A stretch of 21,300 bases of DNA, from positions 1-21,300 of the forward strand of contig NIVC01003651.1 of assembly GCA_002269645.1 (NCBI GenBank). The letters run 5' to 3'. The stretch comes from Macrostomum lignano. Its lineage: Eukaryota. The position numbers and the translations under genes were made by a program. The notes under the pieces were generated by a model. The model did no database searches, was not told the DNA's origin, and saw only the letters and a program-made list of their open reading frames with translations. The first letter of the stretch is position 1. Every line of letters begins with the position of its first letter. This document shows, in pieces, positions 9,885-19,321 of the stretch.

Positions 9885-10601
9885 GTGATCCTCTTCTCAT
9901 AAATGTAAAGAACATGAGCAACAGTCCAAGTCTGAATTAGGCAAATCATTCACCTTTCGGAAGCGCAAATTAAATTTTTAATTAACAATATAACATTAAA
10001 AATGTCTATTTTAATCATTATACGTCAAACGGAATACTTTAATAACTGTTTAAAATTGTTTCAAAAAGCTTAATAAGTCGCTTCATCATTTTTTGGCGCC
10101 AATAGAAAAAACACGGAAAAGTTTCAAACGGAATTATAAATGGACAGACGAATTAAAATAGACAGGAAGTCAGGAAGGCTTCATATTCTGAGAATACTAC
10201 TTTAGTGCGTACCGGCAGTAGTGCCAAGAAAAAAATGTTTGGAATATTTTTGACAATTAAAATCGAACCACAAAAGCTAACAGACCATAAAACACTATAA
10301 AATGGGTGTTAGTAAACTGAGAGGTGCTACCCAGCTAAATTAAAAAAACATCAGAACCGATCAATTTTGTGTTTAGTCAACAGCTGCAGTTTGATTTAAA
10401 ATGTATGAAAGCATTGCGCATGAACAAAAATATAAAAATTATTTAATCCTATATACTAAAAATGAGTTGTAATGTAACTAAAGATTAGAGAAAAGCAATT
10501 AGATTGAGAAACATTGAGATTCAAGTTATCCTGCCATACAAATATAGTTTTCATGCTGGCTGTTAGTAGGCTGTAACTCGCATTTCATTTGTTGACACCG
10601 T

Positions 10602-10908
10602 CACCCACCTCACTCCGTACCCTCAAAAACACTTCCATCAAAACACCCACATCACTCCCTACCCCCAAAGACGTCCACCTCACTCTCTATCCCCAAAAAC
10701 ACCCACCTCACTCCATATCCTCAAAAACACCCACCTCACTCTTTGCCGTCTAAACATTCACCTCACTCCCTACCCCAAAAAACACCCCCTCACTCCTTAC
10801 CCCAAAACACCCACCTCACTCCCTTCCGTTACAAACATCCACCGCACTCCCTATCCTGAAAACAACAACCTCACTCATTACCGTCAAAGCCACCCACCTC
10901 ACTCCTTA
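10602..10908. repeat. Degenerate tandem repeat, about 29-31-bp unit (CACCCACCTCACTCCnTACCCCAAAAA), about 10 copies, in the probable Rab 3' UTR
   Basis: Recurrent CACCTCACTCC core beginning about 65 nt past the Rab stop codon. Confidence 0.8.
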
Positions 10909-10974
10909 CGAGATGATTACATGTACATAACTTGTTACTTTGAAATTAAGTCAAACAGATTTCCGTCAACAGAA

Positions 10975-12053
10975 TCAGCAGCATTTGCCCTTCAACAGCC
11001 CGCCCTGTCTGGAGCTTCCGTCACGGTCCTTCAATGACAAGGGTGAATTGTGCTGAGGCGAATTCAACTGCCCAACTGGAGTCTTGTGCAACACCATCTC
11101 AGTGAGTGCCAGGAAGGCGGACTCAACTCCGTCGCCTGTTCTGGCCGAGGTTTCGAAGAAAGGGATATCGCGCGATTTGGCCAGCCGTTCTGCCTCCTGT
11201 GCGCTGACCTGCCGCTTCTCGTTCAGGTCGCATTTGTTCCCAACTAACACGCGCTCCACAGATTCGCTGGCGTAGTTCTCGATGTTCTCCAGCCAACGGC
11301 CGACGTTGTCAAAGCTGGCCCGAGAGGTCACGTCATAGACTAGCATGATGCCCATTGCACCGCGGTAGTAGGCTGACACGATGGTGTGAAATCTCTCCTG
11401 CCCAGCCGTGTCCCAGATCTGGCGCAAAACGGACGCGATGTTTTTTATTTGTTTTTTTTTACCAAAAGAATGTACCAGGGACTTTAGCACCAGGGGCTTT
11501 AGCACCAGGGGCTTAGCACCAGGTGTTTTAGCACCAGGGGCTTTAGCACCAGGGGCTTAGCACCAGGGCTTAGCACCAGGGGCTTTAGCACCAGGGGCTT
11601 TAGAACCATGGGCTTTACCACCAGGGGCTTTACCACCAGGGGCTTTACCACCAGGGGCTTTACCACCAGGGGCTTTACCACCAGGGGCTCTAGCACCAGG
11701 GGCTTTAGAACCAGGCGCACCAGCATCAGAGCAAAGGCGCCAGCAAAAAGCCTGCCAATTTTTTAATTCAAAAAATCTGCTTCAAAGTTTGACTACTTTA
11801 TTAGGCTTCATAATAAATTCCAAAAAACTAATTAGCAAAGGAAATCACAAAAAATTCTGCTAAAAATCACCTGAAGTTTTATCTTCTTTCCCTCTAATTC
11901 GATAGTTTTTATCTTGAAATCAATTCCAATTGTTGAAATGAACGACGTCTGAAAAGTGTTCTCAACATAGCTGAATAGAATGCAGGTCTTGCCCACACCA
12001 GAGTCTCCAATCAGAAGTAGTTTGAACAGCAGGTCGTATGACTTCTTTGCCAT
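10975..12053 (-). CDS. Rab10: Rab10-like small GTPase (Rab8/10/13 group), 208 aa; join(11871..12053,10975..11418)
   Basis: N-terminus [23 protein letters not shown] matches Rab10 ([23 protein letters not shown]). Motifs present: [46 protein letters not shown], and C-terminal CC. Phase-0 intron CAG|GTGATT ... ttttgcgccAG|ATC (452 nt). Confidence 0.93.
11473..11720. repeat. Intronic minisatellite, 15-bp unit (CACCAGGGGCTTTA[G/C]), about 16 copies
   Basis: Direct repetition inside the Rab intron; translates as VVKPL repeats. Confidence 0.93.
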
Positions 12054-12060
12054 TTAAATG

Positions 12061-12080
12061 CTGCAAGTGCATAATAATTA
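12061..12080 (-). promoter_or_regulatory. 3' splice acceptor 7 nt upstream of the Rab ATG (5' UTR intron end or trans-splice acceptor)
   Basis: Minus strand reads taattattatgcacttgcAG|CATTTAA-ATG, preceded by very AT-rich DNA. Confidence 0.55.
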
Positions 12081-14050
12081 ACATTTTTGCATAATAATGC
12101 TAATTAATTAAATTCAGAATTGTGCATAAATTAGTTTTAATCCTCAAATTATACTTTAATAAATTAAACAATTTTTTCATTTAACTTGTAGTAGCTAGCA
12201 AGCAAGGACTCACTGCATTTATCCATTGTATTAAAAATTGCAAATAAGATTAGCAATCAGAATTAAAAATGCTATAATTTTATTGGAATGAGCCTGCAAA
12301 CTACAATTGATTAAAAATGCACATTTTAGAATTAGGTTTGCCTATAGCCTACTCCATACTTCTTTTGAAAGATAATCCAAATTTTTCACTCTTACTGCTA
12401 GTGAAAAAAGACTAAACAACAATGATTTTAGAAGAAGCATTTGCATAGTTAACCCCTTACATTTGCTATAGCAAATTTATTATATTATTTTCCTTCTCTT
12501 CTCTACTTTGATCTAATTTTGAAGCTCATCATTTAAGATAGTCGTGCAATGCAATGCAAGGAAAAAACATTATATTGGAGAAAATAAAAATTAATAAAAT
12601 GCGAAACCGTTTGGTTCCGAAACCAGTTAACTAATACTAATTGCGTTTATATCAGATAGTCAAGGTGCATTTGAATTAAAAAAGAATGGATTGGGAGAAA
12701 TCGAAATAGGCATCCAATGTAGCAAATTTCCAAAGCTTTTCAGAGCTTGAGGTTATTGATCTTTCAAAATAATAATTAAAAACAATGCATTCCCTTCTGC
12801 TTATAATCGGCTTTGTTATAAAACTTTGAAACTAAAATTAATGGTTGTTATAGTAGGTTATGTTCGTGTTTATCTAACAGTATTGTACGAGTTTATCAAC
12901 CTAGTTTTTTAATAAATAGTAAGTTGTAATAAAAAGTTCATAGAATAGACATAGAATGCGTTAAGTTTATTTCATCAAAAATACCAAACACAAGATGACT
13001 AATGTACTATATTATTTTTGTTGTGTTATGTGGAACAGTGGGAATGCAAATTAAACAGAACGACCCATTAGAGTTCTATGGCCACCAAGCGTTTGAATTA
13101 ACTCGAGATGGCAATTAGCCACAGAAAATTCGATTTGTCGTGCTATATGGAAGGAATGATGAGCCAGAATAGAAGAAAAACGGTGTGAGTTTTTGACAGA
13201 GACAACAAGACGCTTTCATTTTCTATCGGTTAATCGAGTTAAGCTATATAATATTATAATATTAAAAATAAAAGAATATTACAAATTTCTGAACGCGATC
13301 GACAGCTTATGGTCACCGCCTTGTAATGTGGACTCTCGATGAAGGGTGTCAGTGTTGTTAAGAGTTTCCAATTCTTCTACATGTATGAATATTTACCGCA
13401 TTCGGTCAACATTCAAACAATCCGGCATGTTTTTAAGTCAAGTATAGCGTACGGCAATCCGAGAGAACCATCGGAACAGAATTTCAACACAAATCCTGAG
13501 GGATTGACGTACACTTAAGCAGTCATGTTACTCGAGCGAGAGGCGCCTGAAGCCGTTGGCCAAGCAATGATTGCTGATAAGTGCGCTGACTGGGAGCTGC
13601 GCTGCATGCAACAGATTTTTTGAACTGCATGTACGTGTCGGCAGCGAAATCTGTTTTAACAGTTGACCTTTTGTAAACTTTGATGCTTTTGATTTGTGAC
13701 CTAAAATTTACTTTATTGATGACTGTTTTTATTCTTTCTGCAAATAAAACTCAAATCGCGTTGCTTCTATTTTGGCTCATAGTTTCCAGCATGACCAATT
13801 GAGTTTTTATGGCTTGCTTTCTTAAGTTAATTCAAACGTTTCGCCATATACGAGTAGAATTCGATAGGCCATTCCGTTTTGCATGCTCGCTTTTTCACAT
13901 AGCACGACAAAAGCAAAATATATTACTTACAAATGCCATTTAAAACACGTACATGTACGCAATTAAGTACCTGTATTGATTATTGAATACATATGGTTGC
14001 ATTCAAGTGAATTTGAATGTAGAAGCATGGGACATGTACACGAGTACGAG

Positions 14051-14206
14051 AAGTGGCACAGCCAGGAATTTTTTCGGTGGGGGGGGGCTATTCAGCACCC
14101 AGAGGAGGGGGTGTAGGGGGGATTTATCTCCGGAATTTCGGAGGGGAGGGGGTAATTTCGGTGGGAGGGCCAGGCCCCCTCACGGACCCCCCTGGCTACG
14201 CCACTG
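14051..14206. mobile_element. Non-autonomous hAT-type DNA transposon (MITE), 156 bp
   Basis: Terminal inverted repeats AAGTGGCACAGCCAGG (14051-14066) and CCTGGCTACGCCACTG (14191-14206) pair at 13/16 positions. The 8-bp TSD reads AGTACGAG (14043-14050) and CGTACGAG (14207-14214), 7/8. CAGTGGCG-type termini with an 8-bp TSD are typical of hAT elements. Confidence 0.8.
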
Positions 14207-14691
14207 CGTACGAGTGCATATGAGTATACTCAACATTAAATTCAATACTTTTAAGCTAGTACAAAGTATTAAAAGAAAGTCTAAAAGAAACACACTTTTA
14301 AATTAAAATTGTTTCTCGTAATAATAGAGACAATTTGATCATCATCTTTCCAAATGTTTTGTGCTAAAGAATACAGGTACAGTTGCTACTGTGAAAGTAA
14401 ATGCAGGTACTCAATCGTATTTCAAAGTACATGCACACATGGACACAGAAAATCTGAAACTCCAGAATCTTAAGAAGAGAAGTGACAGGGAGATCGCAAA
14501 TCCACCGCCTGATTTGTCAAGCAAAACTGAAGCCCGAGTCCATTCGACCCGACCAATCCGCTAGCTGCAGCGTTGCTATGCTCCAATCGCTCATCCCTCA
14601 TCACATGCATATAGAGCCTCTGATAGTAAAACAATATCCAAACAAATCCAGCACGAACCTTCTTTAGTGCCTGATAATAACCTGACCCAAG

Positions 14692-16226
14692 ATGCAGAGC
14701 TACTCGGAAAACTCATCCTCAAACAGCGGCAGTATGTCTGCGGCAGCCGGCCAGCTTGATTGGCTTCTGCTCACGCCCCAGCTGCTCTGCCACTTCAACT
14801 CTGCCGCACTGGAGTGGGTGCAGCCGGCCTTGCTCACCTCATCCGAGCAGCAGCGGGAGCCGCTGTGCCGCGGTTTCCCCCGCCCAGACCACTGGCTGGA
14901 CACCCCCGCCGCTCTGGTCTCCACGCTCCTCCACCTGACGGCCCTGCTGGCCGGCCTGGCTCTGAACGGCCACCTGCTCCGGCTGGTGCACGCCGGACAG
15001 GCCCGCCTATCCGACATCGGCGTCATCACCGCCTGCTTGAACGCCGCCTCCGACTTTGTGCTTCTGCTCTGCCTGCTCGGCTCAGATTTTATCGCCCCAT
15101 TGGTTGCGCCGGGGCCGCTGCGACTGGCCAACCCGACTCGCCTGCTGGAGTCGCTCAGCCGAGCCCTGCTCTGCCGCTTCCGCGAATACGTGCTGCAGTC
15201 CTGCCTCACCATGGACCTGCTGCTCATAGCCAGCCTGGCCTGGTTCTCCAAGCCCCGGCACTACGACAGAATTCTGGGCACCGGGCCCTGCGGAGTCTTC
15301 ATCTATCCCAGCTTTGTTGCTCTGCTCAGCCTCGGGCCAACGTCTGGTACCTGGTGCTGTTCGAATGCCGCCTCATGGCCTTCGGCGCGACCGGCTGGCT
15401 GCCCGCAGTCCAGCTGCCAGTGATGCTCACCGAGGAGCCCGGCATCGCCCGAGCCCTGTTCGGCCTGTCCGCACTCACCGGCCTGCTGCCGCTCGTCTGC
15501 GTGGTCCGCAGCCTGCGCTGCTGCCGCCGCCTCTGCCGACGCGGCGCCAACACCGATGAGGCCTTCCTGCCGGCCTCGGCCTCGGCCGCTGTCGCTTCTA
15601 CCAGAGCCGGACAGCGGCTCCGTCTGGCCGCCCGGCTGGCCGCGGCGCACTGCCTCGCTCTGCCGAGCTGCCTGGGCGGACCCGGCCGCCTCCTGGCCCG
15701 CCGATGGCTGCCCGGCGACGGCGGCCCGGGCCGTGCCGACCTGACCGCCTTTTGGCTGGCCGAGTCGCTCTGTCTGGTGCTGGCGCTGGCGCTGAAGCCG
15801 GCCATCTGCCTGCGCCTGCTGCCCGACCTGCGCCGGCCGGACTCCGGCGGCAACCTGGGCAGCGTTAGGCCCCGAGGTGCCGCCGCCGCCGCCGCCGCCG
15901 CCGCCGTTGCTGCATCGGCCGCCTCAGCTTCCGTCAAGTCGCGAGCCTGCGGCGCCTCCTCCAAAGATTCCGATGCTGCCAACGCAGTCATTGTTGTCGT
16001 TCACAGAGACTCTGTCGGCGCTGGCGGCGGCGGCGAAGGCGAAGGCAGCGAAGGTGGCGCCGTCGGCAGTCGTGAGTTGAACTGCAGCGGCAGCCGGCTG
16101 GCCTTCCCGTCGGCCGAACAGTCGGAGACGAGCAGCTTTGCCGAGCTGGAACTGCAGCTGGACAGGGTCGGCTCCCTGCCGGACAGTCTGGCCGGGCCGG
16201 CCGAGGCCGCGCAAAGCGAATTTTGA
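14692..16226 (+). CDS. Intronless, highly diverged class-A (rhodopsin-like) 7TM receptor, about 511 aa if a 1-nt frameshift at 15334-15336 is repaired
   Basis: Seven hydrophobic segments across the ORFs 14692..15423 and 14760..16226. Anchors: TM1 GLALNG, TM2 AASDF, TM3-start LLCRF, ICL2 PRHY, ECL2 Cys (FECRL), TM5 LLPL, TM6 LALPS, TM7 LKPAI. Adding one G gives a continuous TM4, SFVALLSLGANVWYLVLF. Confidence 0.75.
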
Positions 16227-16239
16227 TGACTTTCAGTCG

Positions 16240-16556
16240 GCCGAAGTGTCCCAGACAGTGAAAGTCTCGTTAAATCCGGACAGTGTCCGAAATTTCTCTG
16301 ATAGTGACCGTTTATAGTTTCAGAAAATGTCCGAAATTTCTTGGATAGCTCTATCGTGTTTTAGTTCCTGACATTGTGTGGGGAACTTCTCGGACAGTGA
16401 CAGATATTTGGTTCCGGACATTGTTCTCGGAAATTCTCGGACAGTGAAAGTTTTTTGGTTCCGGACACTGCCCGGAATGTCTCGGACAGTGACAGTTCTT
16501 TGGTTTTGGACACTGTGTCCGGAATTTATTATTTCTCGGACGGTGACAGCCTTGGA
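16240..16556. repeat. Degenerate 45-52-bp tandem repeat built from CGGACAGTG/CGGACACTG motifs with internal near-palindromes
   Basis: Units TTCTCGGACAGTGA(C/A)AG...TTTGGTTCCGGACA(C/T)TG... start near 16388, 16434, 16480 and 16532; looser copies lie from 16240. Confidence 0.7.
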
Positions 16557-16907
16557 ACCAACCCCTTAAGTGTACGCCGCCCAAAACTCGTACATCGAGC
16601 TATATAAGAACAAACAAAAAGTAAAAAATTCTGTGGTGAAAGTACATTGAAGTGAATTGAGTTAAGTACGGTCAACTTTGCTACCGTTTTGCAGTACAAC
16701 ATTTATGGATTCAACTTGGCTGGTCACGGATGCAGAATGGGACAAAATTATGCGAGAATGAGGACAATTCGACTGGAAGAAAATTTGGGGTCAAATCGAG
16801 TCCAGCTAATTTGCGTGTAGCAGCAAAACAATTAGAAAAAAAATATTTCAGCTCAAAAGAAACAGCATGCGAATGCAGGTAAGCAGTCAAGAAGAGAAGG
16901 GGGATAA

Positions 16908-17626
16908 AAAATCGAAGACATATTCCAGAGAAAACAGCTCAAGAGATGCCGCAGTAAGAAGAAATAATCAGAATCCCTGTTCATCCAGAGACACAGTGAA
17001 TTGAGACTGAGAAACCCACAGACACAGTAGATGGGGGCGGAGATGAGATACCCACAGACACAGTAGATAGGGGGAGATGAGAAACCCACAGACACAGTAG
17101 ATGAGGGGAGATGAGATACCCACAGACACAGTAGATGGGGCGAGATGAGATACCCACAGACACGGTAGATGGGGGGAGATGAGAAACCCACAGACACAGT
17201 AGATGGAGGGAGATGAGATACCCACAGACACAGTAGATGGAGGGAGATGAGATACCCACAGACACAGTAGATGGGGGGGGAGATGAGATACTCACAGACA
17301 CAATAGATGGGGGGAGATGAGATACTCACAGACACAATAGATGGGGGGAGATGAGATACCCACAGACACGGTAGATGGGGGAGATGAGAAACCCACAGAC
17401 ACAGTAGATGGGGGGAGATGAGATACCCACAGACACAGTAGATAGGGGGAGATGAGAAACCCACAGACACAGTAGATGGGGCGAGATGAGATACCCACAG
17501 ACACAGTAGATGGGTCTGTGGGTAAAATCGAAGACATATTCCAGAGAAAACAGCTCAAGAGATGCCGCAGTAAGAAGAAATAATCAGAATCCCTGTTCAT
17601 CCAGAGACACAGTGAATTGAGACTGA
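16908..17626. repeat. Segmental duplication: about 105 bp of unique sequence at 16908-17010 copied to 17524-17626 (offset 616 bp) together with adjoining minisatellite units
   Basis: AAAATCGAAGACATATTCC...GAATTGAGACTGAGAAACCC is identical at both positions. Confidence 0.92.
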
Positions 17627-18127
17627 GAAACCCACAGACACAGTAGATGGGGGGGGGAGATGAGATACCCACTGACACAATAGATGGGGGAGATGAGATA
17701 CCCACAGACACAGTAGATAGGGGGAGATGAGATACCCACAGACACGGTAGATGGGGCGAGATGAGATACCCACAGACACAGTAGATAGGGGGAGATGAGA
17801 TACCCACAGACACAATAGATGGGGGGAGATGAGATACCCACAGACACAGTAGATAGGGGGAGATGAGATACCCACAGACACGGTAGATGGGGCGAGATGA
17901 GATACCCACAGACACAGTAGATGGGGGGAGATGAGATACCCACAGACACAGTAGATGGGGGGAGATGAGATACCCACAGACACAGTAGATGGAGGGAGAT
18001 GAGATACCCACAGACACAGTAGATGGGGGGGAGATGAGATACTCACAGACACAATAGATGGGGGGAGATGAGATACCCACAGACACAGTAGATGGGGGGA
18101 GATGAGATACCCACAGACACAGTAGAT
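17010..18127. repeat. Minisatellite, 33-35-bp unit (GAGATGAGATACCCACAGACACAGTAGATGGGGG), about 29 copies, purine-rich on +, interrupted at 17514-17626
   Basis: Direct repetition with a variable-length G-run. Confidence 0.95.
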
Positions 18128-18407
18128 TGATCGAGATAAGATGAGTCAACGCAGGTCATTCAGGCAGATGGAGAATTCAGCTCGCAATCAGATAAAGATA
18201 AGCACACATTCTAAAATTGAGAAAAATATCCCAAAATTCTCAGTTCGAGAGGAAGCAAACAAAATCAAGTTGGGGTTCTGAAGGGTTGACCATCTGGTTT
18301 GATAATTTGTTTGACGATAATATTGATTTATATGAGAGGACTTTTAGTTGCGCATGCAATATGCATAACTACTGGTGTGGGTTCCAGGGCGTCTGGCATA
18401 TGGAGCG

Positions 18408-18936
18408 TCTGGGGTATCTGGGGTATCTGGGGTATCTGGAGTTTCTGGGTATCTGGGGTATCTGGGTATCTGGGGTATCTGGGGTATCTGGGGTATCTGG
18501 GGCATCTGGGGTATCTGGAGTATCTGGGTATCTGGGGTATCTGGGGTATCTGGGTATCTGGGTATCTGGGGTATCTGGGGTATCTGGGGTATCTGGGGTA
18601 TCTGGGTATCTGGTGTATCTGGGGTATCTGGGGTATCTGGGGTATCTGGTGTATCTGGGTATCTGGGGTATCTGGTGTATCTGGGGTATCTGGAGTATCT
18701 GGGGTATCTGGAGTATCTGGGGTATCTGGGGTATCTGGGTATCTGGAGTATCTGGGTATCTGGGTATCTAGAGTATCTGGGTATCAGGGTATCTGGGGTA
18801 TCTGGAGTTTCTGGGGTATATAGGGTATCTGGGTATCTGGGATATCCGGGCTATCTGGGGTATCTGGGTATCTGGGTATCTGGGATATCCGGGCTATCTG
18901 GGGTATCTGGGTATCTGGGTATTTGGAGGTATCTGG
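18408..18936. repeat. G-rich short-unit satellite, mixed 8/9-bp units GGG(G)TATCT, about 60 copies
   Basis: Direct repetition with occasional GGAG/GGTG variants. Confidence 0.95.
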
Positions 18937-19128
18937 AATCCGGGCGTACAGGTATCCAGCTAGTATTGAATGTAGCCCCTATCATGGCCTCACTATCTGC
19001 CTCAGTTCAGCCAGCAATGGGGTCTGTCATATCCCGCTCGGCTCGAGAAGCACGAGTCACAGGTTACTGCCTTGGCTCAGTGAGGCAGGAGTCGGGAGTA
19101 AGGCAGAGCCGCATTGCCGGAATGCAAT

Positions 19129-19131
<3 letters not shown>

Positions 19132-19173
<42 letters not shown>
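19132..19173. repeat. (GA)21 microsatellite
   Basis: Perfect dinucleotide run. Confidence 0.98.
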
Positions 19174-19178
<5 letters not shown>

Positions 19179-19321
19179 GAGCGAGCAGGTGAGCGGCTTA
19201 TTTTCGAGTAGCAAAACTCATCATAATCACAGTCTCTGTGGGGCTTGAAAATTCTGGCGTAGTAATGGAAAATACGAGATGAGCGAGCGGAGAAAGAGAG
19301 GGAGAGCAGTGCGGGGTGCAG

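Noticed and set aside
10975-11505. ORF-track N-terminus [29 protein letters not shown] for the Rab
   Set aside because: Intronic read-through. The real N-terminus is exon 11871..12053, which carries the P-loop.
13002-13118. 38-aa ORF with a signal-peptide-like start (MYYIIFVVLCGTVG)
   Set aside because: Short, AT-rich, with no processing motif or homology; expected by chance.
14700-16214. Minus-strand ORFs across the GPCR
   Set aside because: Antisense shadows of a very GC-rich CDS.
16709-17010. Stop-interrupted protein-like frames (MDSTWLVTDAEWDKIMRE*GQFDWKKIWG...), possibly a transposon relic, and a 27-nt micro-exon at 16852..16878
   Set aside because: No recognisable family motif, several stops and frameshifts, and no partner exons identified.
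18408-18936. Telomeric repeat, or Gly-rich structural protein (GYL/GVS/GIW repeats)
   Set aside because: The unit is GGG(G)TATCT, not TTAGGG, and the 8/9-bp mixture shifts the frame constantly.
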